This document shows, piece by piece, positions 1 through 9,990 of a DNA stretch of 64,000 bases. Under the pieces are notes generated by a model. That model had not been told where the DNA came from and did no database searches. It saw nothing but the letters and a program-made list of their open reading frames with translations. A program made the position numbers and the translations under genes. This stretch comes from Ktedonobacterales bacterium (GTDB taxonomy: Bacteria > Chloroflexota > Ktedonobacteria > Ktedonobacterales > JADMIN01). Numbering within the stretch: the stretch's first letter is position 1; every line of letters starts with the position of its first letter. The stretch is taken from NCBI GenBank assembly GCA_030167145.1, contig CP126532.1:4675189-4739188 (forward strand). The letters are read 5' to 3'.

Positions 1-1
1 G

Positions 2-2473
2 CTGGCGGGGTGGCTGGTGGGGTCGTTGCCGAATCCGGGGGTGGTCTATCTGCCGTTGATCGCGATGCTCTCGTACCACTGGGGCTGGCGGCTGGGTGTG
101 GCGGCGGCCATACTCCAGCTCGCATGCGTGTATGCGTTCTATCAAAACCATCCCTTCGCGCTGCGCGTGCCGAGTCAGCGCGATGTTGCACAGTTGGTGA
201 CCCTGGCTGCCGTCACCGCGTTTATTCTGATTCTGGTGCAGCTTGCGGCGTCGCGACGCAGCGCGGCGGAGCGCGAGGCAGGGCGTTTCGCCGCACTGAA
301 TTCGGTGGGGCAAGCGTTGACGAGCGAGCTGAATGAGGAACGCCTGCTACACGTCATCGCGCGGACTGCACGCGACCGTATCGGTGCGGATTTCGCCGCG
401 TTCACCCTGCGCCCAGTGGATGCGTTTGGGCATCCCATTGGCCCATCGGAAGGCAGCCGCTTTCATCTGGCGGCGGTGGTAGGGGTGACGCCGGAGCAAG
501 AGCAGTTGTTCCGGCGCATTCCGCTGGGTGGCGAGGGGCTGCTCGCTCCGATCTTCCGTTACGGCGTGCCAGTGCGTGTGCCGGACGCGCTGGCGATTCC
601 GCGAGCGCATGTGCATTCGGCAGGCGATGGCAACGCGGATCTGGCGGAGCCGGGCGAATCGGCGCGAGATCGGGCGCGGCGTGCGGCGCTTGCCTATGCG
701 CATGGCGAGGTAGATATAGATGACCTGCGGTCGGTGGGTCATCCACGTGGGCATCCGGTGATTCGCAGCTTCCTGGGCGCGCCGCTGCTGGATCGCTCTG
801 GGCAGGTGCGCGGAGGGCTGTTGCTGGGGCATTCCGCGCCGGATCGCTTCACGCGGGATGATGAGGCGCTGCTGTTGGGGCTGGCGGCGCAGGCGACGGT
901 GGCGCTGGAGAATGCGCGGCTGTTTCGTGCGGCGCAGGCGCAGGCGCGCGAGCTTGATACGATCTTCGAGAGCATCAGCGATGGCGTCGCGCTGGTCAAC
1001 GAGCACGGCCAGGTGGTGCGTGAGAATCGTGCGGCGCGGGAACTGCGCGACCAGATTGCGAAGTTGCCAGATGGCAATGAACTGCTGTATGCGCTGGTGC
1101 AACGTCCGGTCGCGGGGGCGCTGCGCGGCGATGAAGAGACCGCGACTACGGTGCGTGTGGAGGACGAGGTGGCACCCGACGAGGCGCGCGACTATCTGGT
1201 CAGCGCGTCGCAGGTGCGGTCTCTGGCTGAAGATGACGGACAGGGCGCGGGCGTAGTGCTGGTATGGCACGACGTGACGGAGACACGACGCCTGCTGGCC
1301 GAGCGCCAGGCACGAGCCGCCGCCGAAGGCCAGCGCGCGCTTTTGCAGATGGTGGTAGACGAATTGCCGAGCGGGGTCTATCTGGTGCGTGGCGCGGATG
1401 CACGGCTGGTGCTGGCGAACCGTGCGGCGAGGGATGTGTGGGGTGCGGAGTGGCTGGAGGGGATGCCAATGGCGACCTTCTTGGAAAGCAGCGGTACGAG
1501 CATTGTCGGCGCGGACGGGAGGTTGGTGCCTGTGGAGGAGTTGGCGACGCTGCGGGCGGTGCGAACTGGTACGCCGGTGCGACACCACCAGGAGATCATC
1601 CGTCATCCCGACGGCGCCGCGCTGCCGGTTCTGCTGAACGCGGTGGCGCTGCATAGCGCCGTCTTCGATCTGGCGTTGGGTACGGCGGAGGCGGGGGCTG
1701 AAAGCAAGGAGGGTGTGGCAAGCGCGCTGGTCGTGTTGCAGGACGTTTCGGCGCTGAAAGAGGCGGAGCGGCTGAAAGATGAGTTTATCGCGCTGGCGGC
1801 GCACGAACTGCGCAACCCGATGGCGGCGGTGAAGGGCTACGCGGATATGCTGGTGCGCCGCTCTGGTCGCGGGGATGGGGAGGCCGCACTGGCAGATTGG
1901 CAGATGGAGGCGCTGGAGACGATTGACGCGGCGACGTCCCGGCTGGTGGAACTCACCGATGATCTGCTCGATGTGACACGCTTGCAAGCGGGGCGACTGG
2001 AACTGCACCTGGAGACGCATGATCTCGTAGCGCTGGCCAGGCGCGTCGTGAAGCGGCTACGCGTGACTGCCGCGCGACACACGCTGATGGTGGAGACGGA
2101 CCGCGAGTACGTGCTTGCGGAGGTGGATGTGAAGCGGATGGAGCAGGTGTTGGGCAACCTCCTGAACAACGCGATCAAGTACAGTCCTGATGGTGGGCGT
2201 GTCGAGGTTACGATCTGCGCGGACGAGGGGCGTAAGCTCGCAGAGATTCGGGTGCGGGACGAAGGCATCGGCATTCCCGCCAGCCAGCAGGCGCGCATGT
2301 TCAGTCGCTTCGCCCGCGCGGAGAATGCCAGTGCGCTCGGTATCACGGGTTCGGGACTGGGCCTCTATCTCTGCCGCGAGTTGGTGGAGCGCCACAATGG
2401 CCGCATCTGGTTTGAGTCTACGGAGGGCAAGGGCACAACCTTCTTCGTGACGCTGCCACTGGCTGACGGCTAA
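2..2473 (+). CDS. Sensor histidine kinase (TM/DUF4118-like N-terminus, GAF, PAS, HisKA, HATPase_c); 5' end probably lies outside the window
   Basis: The reading frame is open back to nt 2. It has a GAF-like block (FLGAPLLDRSGQVRGGLLLGH), PAS-like blocks, an H-box (LAAHELRNPMAAVKGY) and ATPase N/G boxes (LLNNAIKYSP, DEGIGIP, GSGLGLYLC). Confidence 0.9.
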   Translation: MAGWLVGSLPNPGVVYLPLIAMLSYHWGWRLGVAAAILQLACVYAFYQNHPFALRVPSQRDVAQLVTLAAVTAFILILVQLAASRRSAAEREAGRFAALNSVGQALTSELNEERLLHVIARTARDRIGADFAAFTLRPVDAFGHPIGPSEGSRFHLAAVVGVTPEQEQLFRRIPLGGEGLLAPIFRYGVPVRVPDALAIPRAHVHSAGDGNADLAEPGESARDRARRAALAYAHGEVDIDDLRSVGHPRGHPVIRSFLGAPLLDRSGQVRGGLLLGHSAPDRFTRDDEALLLGLAAQATVALENARLFRAAQAQARELDTIFESISDGVALVNEHGQVVRENRAARELRDQIAKLPDGNELLYALVQRPVAGALRGDEETATTVRVEDEVAPDEARDYLVSASQVRSLAEDDGQGAGVVLVWHDVTETRRLLAERQARAAAEGQRALLQMVVDELPSGVYLVRGADARLVLANRAARDVWGAEWLEGMPMATFLESSGTSIVGADGRLVPVEELATLRAVRTGTPVRHHQEIIRHPDGAALPVLLNAVALHSAVFDLALGTAEAGAESKEGVASALVVLQDVSALKEAERLKDEFIALAAHELRNPMAAVKGYADMLVRRSGRGDGEAALADWQMEALETIDAATSRLVELTDDLLDVTRLQAGRLELHLETHDLVALARRVVKRLRVTAARHTLMVETDREYVLAEVDVKRMEQVLGNLLNNAIKYSPDGGRVEVTICADEGRKLAEIRVRDEGIGIPASQQARMFSRFARAENASALGITGSGLGLYLCRELVERHNGRIWFESTEGKGTTFFVTLPLADG

Positions 2474-4416
2474 ATCCAGCGCACGAACCACCCAAGAATA
2501 CGCGCATAGAGATCGCGGATGTGCTCGCGCTCGCGGAAACCATGGCGCTCACGCGGATAGACGGCTAGCTCCGTGGGAATAGCGCGCTCGCGCAACGCGC
2601 GGAAGAAAGCGTATGCCTGGTTCACTGGCACGCAGGGGTCGGCTTCGCCGTGAACGATGAGCGTTGGCGTGTTGACGCGGGCGACATACGTGATGGCGGA
2701 CTTCTCACGATAGGCTTGCGGGTTCTCGTTCGGGTCAGCGCCGATGATACGCATGTCCCAATCGGGGATGTTGGATTGCGCGTGGAAGCTGTGGTAGTCG
2801 CAGATGCCCGCGCCCATCACCGCCGCCTTGAAGCGTGTGGTATGGGTGACGGCCCAGGCGGTCATGAAGCCGCCGTAGCTCCAGCCGTAGATGCCAATGC
2901 GCTCGCCATCCACCAGCCCCTGCGCGACGAGGTGATCTACACCGGCTAGCACATCCTGATAGTCTTTGCCGCCCATGTCGCCGAGCACGGCATCCGCGAA
3001 GGCCACGCCGCGCCCCATGCTGCCGCGTGGATTGGCGCGCAGTACGGCGTAGCCAGCGGCGGCGAAGAGTTGCGTCAGCGTGTCCATCCACATGTCGCGG
3101 AAGGCCGAGGTGGGGCCACCGTGGACGTAGAGGATTAGCGGTGGCGGCGTCCCGCGCGTGGGCGTGAGCGGCGCGGTATAGAGCGCCTCGATCTGCCACC
3201 CGTCTGCGCCTGTATAGCTGATGCGCTGATTGGGCGCGATTTGGAGCGTCTCTTCGGCAATCCGGTTGAAGCGTGTGAGTTGCCGCCAGGTGATGTGCTC
3301 ATCTGCTCCCGCGCCCTCGCGCATACCCAGCCATACATCCCACGGACGGCCAGCCTCGGTGTGGACGGCCGCGAAACGGCGCCCATCGGGCGTGGCGGAG
3401 AGTTGGGGGCGGGCCTGGTCACCGATGATGAAGTCCGCGCTCAGTTGGCAGCGGCTGCCATCGTCGGCGTTGAGCGCGCCAATCGTATTGGTGAGGCCGT
3501 CCCAGGCGGAGAAGACCAGTCGCCCGTCTTCGAGCGCGTAGAGCCAGCTTGGGTTGCCCTGAATGCCAGGGGTGAGGTTGCGCGGGTTGCCGCCCTGCGC
3601 AGGTATGGCGAAGATGTCTCCGCCCACCAGGGGTCGGTCGCTCCACTCGCCAGAGACGTAATAGATCGTATGTCCATCACGCGACCAGGCGAGCGCCCCC
3701 GCCTGACGACTGAGTATGCTCACTTGCTGGATAGCCCCACCTGCCGCGGGGACAATGCCGATCTGTCCGCGATACCAGTCGGTCTCGCCGGGGCCAGTGG
3801 AATAGAAGACGGCGAACTGTGTCCCATCAGGCGACCAGGCGTAGCTCCAAATCGTCACATCCGCTGGCGTGACTGGCTCTGCCGTGTCATAGCCAGGGCG
3901 GGCAATCCAGAGGCGCTGGTGACGTAGCGGCTCGTCCACCATTGGCTCGGCTTTGACCTCGTCGCCGTCGAGCGAGAGAAAGGCGACGCGCGTGCCATCT
4001 GGCGACCACTCTGGGTCGGCTGCCCCATTGGGCATGCTACAGACGCGGTGGGCGTCGCCACCCCTGGCGGGCATCGTATAGAGTTGCGGCTTGTCGTTGT
4101 AGGGCGCCTTATCGCCCTCGTCGCGCTTGGAGACGAACAGCAGAGAGCGTCCGTCTGGCGACCAGCGCGGCTCGTAATCCCCATCGGAGCCGGTAGTCAG
4201 CGGGCGTGGCTCGCCGCCATGTTCGTTGGTGTCCACCAGCCAGATACGCCCGCGCTGCGTGGCGCGACCGGGTATCCATTCCATCAGCGTACATGCTACA
4301 CGTGCGCCATCGGGCGAGATACGCGGGTCTACCGGTGTGCGTAGGCTGAAGAGGGTATCGAGCGACACCGGGGTGCGCTGGGGAATCTCGCTGATGCCAG
4401 TTGGAGTGTCGCTCAT
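2470..4416 (-). CDS. S9 family serine peptidase (prolyl oligopeptidase/acylaminoacyl-peptidase type) with N-terminal beta-propeller
   Basis: Repeated WSPDG propeller motifs, then an alpha/beta-hydrolase domain with the GWSYGG nucleophile elbow, HGEADPCVP and a C-terminal RERHGF. Confidence 0.85.
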   Translation of the reverse strand: MSDTPTGISEIPQRTPVSLDTLFSLRTPVDPRISPDGARVACTLMEWIPGRATQRGRIWLVDTNEHGGEPRPLTTGSDGDYEPRWSPDGRSLLFVSKRDEGDKAPYNDKPQLYTMPARGGDAHRVCSMPNGAADPEWSPDGTRVAFLSLDGDEVKAEPMVDEPLRHQRLWIARPGYDTAEPVTPADVTIWSYAWSPDGTQFAVFYSTGPGETDWYRGQIGIVPAAGGAIQQVSILSRQAGALAWSRDGHTIYYVSGEWSDRPLVGGDIFAIPAQGGNPRNLTPGIQGNPSWLYALEDGRLVFSAWDGLTNTIGALNADDGSRCQLSADFIIGDQARPQLSATPDGRRFAAVHTEAGRPWDVWLGMREGAGADEHITWRQLTRFNRIAEETLQIAPNQRISYTGADGWQIEALYTAPLTPTRGTPPPLILYVHGGPTSAFRDMWMDTLTQLFAAAGYAVLRANPRGSMGRGVAFADAVLGDMGGKDYQDVLAGVDHLVAQGLVDGERIGIYGWSYGGFMTAWAVTHTTRFKAAVMGAGICDYHSFHAQSNIPDWDMRIIGADPNENPQAYREKSAITYVARVNTPTLIVHGEADPCVPVNQAYAFFRALRERAIPTELAVYPRERHGFREREHIRDLYARILGWFVRWI

Positions 4417-5252
4417 GTGTGCCTCGCTTTGTGCGATTCGTTAGCTGGGCGCAGGCGCTCGTAGGCGATCCGCAGCCCGTTCAGGAGGAGATTAGAGTCA
4501 ACGGTATCAATGCATGGAGTAACGCCCGCCATGACCTCAGCCAGTCCGCCATGCGCGATGACATGGGCGCGTTCGCCGCCAGGGATTTCGCGCCGTAGCC
4601 GCGTGACAAGTCCTTCGACGAGTCCAGCGTGCCCGTAGACGATGCCAGATTGCATACTATGGGCGGTGTTCGTGCCGAGCGCAGTCGGCGGTGGGGCAAG
4701 TTCGACTTGATAGAGCCGCGAAGCCGCGCGGGCGAGCGCTTCAGCGGAAATGCCCAGGCCAGGTGCGATGGCTCCGCCAAGGAAGTCGCCTTCGGGCGAG
4801 ACGCAGTCGAAGCTGGTGGCGGTGCCGAATTGGATCACGATGGCTGGCCCGCCATAGAACGTATGCGCGGCGAGGGTGCTGAGGATGCGATCCGCACCGG
4901 TCTCCCAGGGGTTATCCACGCGCAGGCGCACACCGAGATCCAGAGTGTGGGTGATGAGCAGCGGCTCGCGGCCCAGGTAGCGCAGGCCCATATCTTGAAA
5001 GACAGGGGTGAGCGGCGGCACCACGCTGGAGATGATGGATTCGCTGATGTCTTCGAGTGAAACGCCAGCGTGGCGGCAGAGTTCGGCGAGCAGCATGGCA
5101 TACTCATCGGCAGTCTTCTCGCGATTGGTGGCGATGCGCCAGCGAGCGCGCAACTCGCGGCTATCAAGTGGATAGAGGCCGAACTTGATGCCGGTGTTGC
5201 TGATGTCTACTGCCAGCAGTAGCCGCTCGCCGGTCTTGCCGATCTGTGGCAT
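4413..5252 (-). CDS. coaX: Type III pantothenate kinase
   Basis: LLAVDISNTGIKFGLY (DxxNT phosphate-1 motif), GADRI, QFGTATSFD and GGLAE motifs. I chose the internal ATG at 5252, which has a GGAG 8 nt upstream, rather than the longer ORF start at 5339. Confidence 0.85.
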   Translation of the reverse strand: MPQIGKTGERLLLAVDISNTGIKFGLYPLDSRELRARWRIATNREKTADEYAMLLAELCRHAGVSLEDISESIISSVVPPLTPVFQDMGLRYLGREPLLITHTLDLGVRLRVDNPWETGADRILSTLAAHTFYGGPAIVIQFGTATSFDCVSPEGDFLGGAIAPGLGISAEALARAASRLYQVELAPPPTALGTNTAHSMQSGIVYGHAGLVEGLVTRLRREIPGGERAHVIAHGGLAEVMAGVTPCIDTVDSNLLLNGLRIAYERLRPANESHKARHT

Positions 5253-5559
5253 TGAGGTGCTCCATCGGGGAGTAGATAGGAAATGGCGGAATGTTGCGAC
5301 ATCGCGCCTTCGGCTGAGAGTGTATGCCAGATTGTACACATGCCGGGCGCAGGCGGGTCAAGCGAGGGTTGGGAGACACGGGGAGGTCAGTCACGCGGGC
5401 TGTGCCAGGGAAGCAGAGCAAGGCGACGTGGCGGCACGAATGATGCGCTTGCTACGGATAGGGATGCGACTATGCTGGCGGGCATCCTATGGTGACATGC
5501 GGCGCATTCTATGCTGATACATATGGGCGTGGCATCCCGACGAGCGAGGGGGTAGCCCT

Positions 5560-7275
5560 ATGCATGATGACAAGTATTACGGACCTCCGTCGGGCGGTGG
5601 TGTCCAGGCGGAGACATCGCGGCCCGGCACGCTGACTGTGCCGAGTGTTGCGCCCACGCCTTCGCCACTTGAAGTCGTGCGCGAGCACGACCTGCGCCGT
5701 CGCAAACGCTTACTGCGGATTCTCGCCCTTGGCGTGATGATTCCGGTGATCTTGCTGATTCCCGCAGCGCTGATTCCGACACTGGATCGGGTGACACTGG
5801 TGGCGCTGATTATCGCGTTCGTGACGGCGCTCGCGGCGTATGGATTGAACGAATGGAATAAAGTGGACTGGGGCGGCTTCGCGCTGCTGGGCGGTATCTC
5901 GCTGGCTATTGCATGGGAGATCGTGGCGAAGGCGCAAGCGCAGCATGGTATTGATCTCGCGGATCTGCGATTGTTCGATCTCTTCGCGCTGCCAATTGCG
6001 CTCTCCGGTGTGGTGATTGGGCGGCGCGGTCCCGTCATCATCGGCGCCGCCACGATCACGTTTACCATCGTGGTATTGCTGATATTGCCGCACACGCGCA
6101 CATTGCAACTCTACTGGAATGGTCAGGATCTCGCCGCGTCGCTTGGTTCATCCTATGACGTGTTCGCGATTGCGGTGGTGATTCAAGGGCTGGTGGCGGT
6201 GGCATCGTGGCTGGGCGCTGATAGCGTGCGCCGGGCACAGCTCGACGCCTCACGCGCGGATGAACTGGTGGCGGCGAACGCGCAGATTCAGGCGCAGGCG
6301 CGGGCGAGCGAGGCGCAACGATATCGCCTGGAGCAGGGCATCGCGCATATCCAGCAGGTGCATGCGGCGGTGGCGCGCGGCCAGTGGGATACGCGGGCGC
6401 ATGTGAACGAGGGCGAACTGATTCCGGTGGCGATGAGCCTGAATCTGCTGCTGGACCGCCTCAGCCGGATGACCCGCGAGGCGGAACAACAGGGGCGTAT
6501 CGAGAGAGCCGCGCATGAACTGGCGATGGCGCTGCGGCGGCTGCGCGCGGGCGAGCCGTATACGCCGCCAAACTATACGGGGACAGCATTCGACGAGGTG
6601 CTGGTAGAGTTATCGCGCCTGCGCGACGCAGGGCCACCATCTAGTGCCGCCACACCATCACAACCGCCTCCGTCGTTCCCATCATATTCGTCGCACCCGT
6701 CTTCTCCGACGCCCGTTTTGCAGCCCTCTGGCTCCGCCGTGCCATCCTCCACACCACCATACGGCGCCGAACGATACGCATCATCCGCATGGGTGGGATT
6801 CAATGGTGGGCCTCCCACGGTTCCGCGCAACAGAGCGCGTAACGAAGCGCCGTTCCCGTTCGGCCCCACGCCACTGCAGCCGTCCGCACGGCCATCACAG
6901 GCCCCACCTGCGCCTTGGCCACCAGCCGTATGGCCGCCGCGTGGACAACCACCAGAGGCATGGCCACCACATGCGAATATGCCACAGCCTACAACGCAGC
7001 CGGCAGCTCAGCCTCAGCAGACTCAGCAGCCGTCATCCGAGCCGTGGCTCATTCAGCGGCAACCGGACGCTGGGCCACCGGAACACAAGTGGTGGGTGGA
7101 GGAGCAGCCAACGGAGGTCAGGCCTGTGTATCCAGGTGCGCCCGCGGGCGATAGCGAGCATGATCCGGAGTCCGATGCTAGCACGCTCTCCGAAGACTGG
7201 CCCGACCTACGCGCAACTGAAAAACCGAGCGCCGGGCCGGAGTCGCTGCCGCCGTGGCTGCGCGAGCAGCAATGA
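5560..7275 (+). CDS. Hypothetical multi-pass membrane protein with coiled-coil segment and long Pro/Gln-rich C-terminal tail
   Basis: GAGGGGG SD before the ATG. Several hydrophobic helices (residues about 60-230), a heptad-like charged region, then low-complexity PPxWPP/QPxxQ sequence. No family recognised. Confidence 0.6.
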   Translation: MHDDKYYGPPSGGGVQAETSRPGTLTVPSVAPTPSPLEVVREHDLRRRKRLLRILALGVMIPVILLIPAALIPTLDRVTLVALIIAFVTALAAYGLNEWNKVDWGGFALLGGISLAIAWEIVAKAQAQHGIDLADLRLFDLFALPIALSGVVIGRRGPVIIGAATITFTIVVLLILPHTRTLQLYWNGQDLAASLGSSYDVFAIAVVIQGLVAVASWLGADSVRRAQLDASRADELVAANAQIQAQARASEAQRYRLEQGIAHIQQVHAAVARGQWDTRAHVNEGELIPVAMSLNLLLDRLSRMTREAEQQGRIERAAHELAMALRRLRAGEPYTPPNYTGTAFDEVLVELSRLRDAGPPSSAATPSQPPPSFPSYSSHPSSPTPVLQPSGSAVPSSTPPYGAERYASSAWVGFNGGPPTVPRNRARNEAPFPFGPTPLQPSARPSQAPPAPWPPAVWPPRGQPPEAWPPHANMPQPTTQPAAQPQQTQQPSSEPWLIQRQPDAGPPEHKWWVEEQPTEVRPVYPGAPAGDSEHDPESDASTLSEDWPDLRATEKPSAGPESLPPWLREQQ

Positions 7276-7356
7276 TCTATGGCGTGGCGGAGGATGTTCT
7301 GAAGCGCCTGCGCATCTGCGCCAGGGCAAGGGCAAGGGCAATATGGCCGCGTGGTG

Positions 7357-7365
7357 TGTCATAAT
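7357..7365 (+). promoter_or_regulatory. Extended -10-like element TGTCATAAT upstream of the acyl-CoA dehydrogenase gene
   Basis: TGnCATAAT lies 57 nt upstream of the ATG at 7422. No good -35 was seen. Confidence 0.3.
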
Positions 7366-7421
7366 TTCGTGTGGGCAATACAACCCGCTACGATGAACGA
7401 TACGATGAGGAGGGAACAACG

Positions 7422-8573
7422 ATGTTCTTCCGGCTCAGCGATGAGCAGCGCGAGATACAGCACGCGGTACGTGACTTCGCGCAGCATGAGATTGCGCCGC
7501 ATGCGGAGCGATGGGACGAGGAGAGCTACTTTCCGCGTGAGCTTTTCCGCCCGCTGGCAGAGATGGGGCTGGCGGGGCTGCTGGTTTCTGAGGAGTTGGG
7601 TGGCACGGGCTTGTCCCGGCTGACCGGCGCGGTGATCTACGAGGAAATCGGCAAGGCTGACATGTCAACCGCCGTCTGGCTCTCGGTGCATAACATGGTC
7701 ACGGGGCTGATTGCGAAGTTCGGCGATGACGAGCAGCGGCAGCGCTGGACACCACGGATGGCGGGTGGCGAGATGCTGGGCGCGTTCGCGCTGAGCGAGG
7801 CGCACGCAGGCTCAGATGCGGCGAACCTGCGCGCCACGGCGACCCGCGACGGTGACAGCTATGTGCTGAACGGCACGAAGTTCTGGGTAACGAGTGCGGG
7901 AGTAGCCGATGTCTACGTCGCCTTCCTGCGGACCAGCGACGATGGCGCGCGCGGCACCACGGCGTTCATCATCGAGAAGGACACGCCCGGCTTCAGCATC
8001 GGCAAGCGCGAGCGCAAGATGGGACTGCATTCCAGTCCCACTGGCGAACTAATCTTCGAGCGATGCCGTGTGCCGCTGGCAAATCGCCTGGGCGCGGAGG
8101 GTGAGGGGTTAAAGATTGCGCTCTCGTCGCTGGATGGCGGGCGCATCAACATCGGCGCGATTGCCACCGGCGTAGCGCAGGCGGCGCTGGATGTCTCCAC
8201 GCGCTATGCCCAGGAGCGCACAGCCTTTGGCAGAGCCATCGGCGGCTTCGAGGGCATCCAGTTCATGCTCGCCGATATGGCGATGAAGGTCGAAGCGGGA
8301 CGGCTCCTGGTCTATCAGGCGGCGTTCAAGATGGATGAAGGCGACCCGGTGGGCCAGTACGCCGCGATGGCCAAGTGCTTCGCGACCGACTCGGCGATGG
8401 CGGTGACGACCGACGCGGTGCAGGTGTTGGGCGGCGCGGGCTACGTGCGCGACTGGCCGGTGGAGCGGTACATGCGCGACGTGAAGGTGGCGCAGATCTT
8501 CGAGGGCACGAGCCAGATTCAGCGGCTGGTGATTGCCCGCGCCCTGCTCGGCGACGCGGCAAAGGAGCGCTAA
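7422..8573 (+). CDS. Acyl-CoA dehydrogenase (short/medium-chain, butyryl-CoA dehydrogenase-like)
   Basis: Typical ACAD start MFFRLSDEQREIQ after GAGGAGG, GAFALSEAHAGSD, and a C-terminal FEGTSQIQRLVIAR. Length about 383 aa. Confidence 0.9.
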   Translation: MFFRLSDEQREIQHAVRDFAQHEIAPHAERWDEESYFPRELFRPLAEMGLAGLLVSEELGGTGLSRLTGAVIYEEIGKADMSTAVWLSVHNMVTGLIAKFGDDEQRQRWTPRMAGGEMLGAFALSEAHAGSDAANLRATATRDGDSYVLNGTKFWVTSAGVADVYVAFLRTSDDGARGTTAFIIEKDTPGFSIGKRERKMGLHSSPTGELIFERCRVPLANRLGAEGEGLKIALSSLDGGRINIGAIATGVAQAALDVSTRYAQERTAFGRAIGGFEGIQFMLADMAMKVEAGRLLVYQAAFKMDEGDPVGQYAAMAKCFATDSAMAVTTDAVQVLGGAGYVRDWPVERYMRDVKVAQIFEGTSQIQRLVIARALLGDAAKER

Positions 8574-8588
8574 ACGCCCCTCGCAGCC

Positions 8589-9908
8589 TCACAGCACCAT
8601 CGCTTCGTGCGCCGACGAACCGAAGTCGCGGTCTGGGGCGAACGCCGCCAGATCAATGCTATGCTGCTCGAATGGCGCGGGCAATTGCACACTCCCTTGG
8701 GTCACGTCGCCGGCGAGCAGCGCCTCCACCAGCAGCGCGGTAATCGGCGCATGCATCAGCCCGTGGCCCGAAAATCCCGCCGCATGCAGCAGATTGGCCT
8801 GATGGCTATCGAAGCCGATCAGCGGGTTCGCGTCGGGCGTCGCCCCATAGAAGCCGCTGGTCGTGGCCACGAGGCCACCCGCGTTGGCAAGCTGGGGCGC
8901 GAACGCCTCCACCTCGGCCAGCGTGGCGTAGCCGAAGTTCTCCAGCCCATTCTCGTGGTTGAACGGCGGATCAATGCGATCCTGATCGGCATCGGTAAAC
9001 TCCGGCTCTGGGGGTGTCTCATGTGCCCAGGCGAGCACCAGCAGCGGGCCATCGGGCCGCGAGAGTGCGCCGCGTCCCGCGCCTAGCCCGTAGATCGTCA
9101 TCGGTTGGCGCTCCCAGTCCTCCGCACTCATGATCGGGCGCTGAATCCGCAGGTGGTAGAGGTAGCGTTTGACCGGTGAAATGGCCAGCGGCAGCCCACC
9201 GAGATGCGCGCTCACACGCGGCGCCCAGGCGTTGGTCGCGTTGACGAACCAGTCCGCCACGATCTCGCCTTGTGTCGTTTCGATGCTGGTGATACGCCCT
9301 CCGCGTAGCCGCGCGCCCAGCATTTCGGTCTGTGTGAGCACCTCGACGCCCAGTTCGCGTGCGCGCCGCATCCCCTCGCCGTAGATGACATGCGGATACA
9401 GAAAGCCGTCGGTGGGGCAGAAGGTCGCGCCGATCAAGCGGGATGGCTCGATGTGCGGCCAGCGCCGCGTCACGTCGCCTGGCTCTAACACCTCCACGGG
9501 CAACCCGATGCGCCGCTGCGTCTCCGCGTAGCCCAGCGCGCGCTGCCACGCCTGCGCCGCCGAGGCGCGCAGCGCTGGCTTCCAGGCGGGCGCGGCCTGT
9601 GCGGGATCTTCGTAGAGGAAGAGGTAGCCGTTCTGCTGGATGACGGGCTGGCGCTGCTCGGCGGGGGTCTTTAAGATGTCATGGAAGCGCTCGTACCACC
9701 ATTCCGAGTACATCATGCCGGTGATCGTCTCTTCGACGCCGAACTGCGCGCGAATCCCCGCGTTCGACCGGCTGGACGAGCCGTTGCCCACCGCCGCCTT
9801 CTCGATCACTGACACTGTGAAGCCGCGCTCTGCCAGCCGCACCGCCACCAGCGCGCCCGTCGCGCCCCCGCCGATCACCACGACCCGTTCGCCCGTACTA
9901 GACGCCAT
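8589..9908 (-). CDS. FAD-dependent oxidoreductase (DAO family, sarcosine oxidase beta/glycine oxidase-like)
   Basis: N-terminal Rossmann motif VVVIGGGATGALVAVRLAERGFTVSVIEK. The length and C-terminal GFSGHGLMHAP are typical of the DAO family. Confidence 0.8.
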   Translation of the reverse strand: MASSTGERVVVIGGGATGALVAVRLAERGFTVSVIEKAAVGNGSSSRSNAGIRAQFGVEETITGMMYSEWWYERFHDILKTPAEQRQPVIQQNGYLFLYEDPAQAAPAWKPALRASAAQAWQRALGYAETQRRIGLPVEVLEPGDVTRRWPHIEPSRLIGATFCPTDGFLYPHVIYGEGMRRARELGVEVLTQTEMLGARLRGGRITSIETTQGEIVADWFVNATNAWAPRVSAHLGGLPLAISPVKRYLYHLRIQRPIMSAEDWERQPMTIYGLGAGRGALSRPDGPLLVLAWAHETPPEPEFTDADQDRIDPPFNHENGLENFGYATLAEVEAFAPQLANAGGLVATTSGFYGATPDANPLIGFDSHQANLLHAAGFSGHGLMHAPITALLVEALLAGDVTQGSVQLPAPFEQHSIDLAAFAPDRDFGSSAHEAMVL

Positions 9909-9990
9909 AGCATCTGCTCCCCCGCTGCGTATTCCGCGAAAAGTTGAGCCGATTGTGACATGCGCGCCATCCCGAAAGGAAAGGGGCTTC

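Noticed and set aside
347-2020. 557-aa minus-strand ORF
   Set aside because: It is antisense to the well-supported histidine kinase gene. Its Arg/His/Gln/Pro-rich composition is typical of shadow ORFs in GC-rich DNA, and I saw no motifs.
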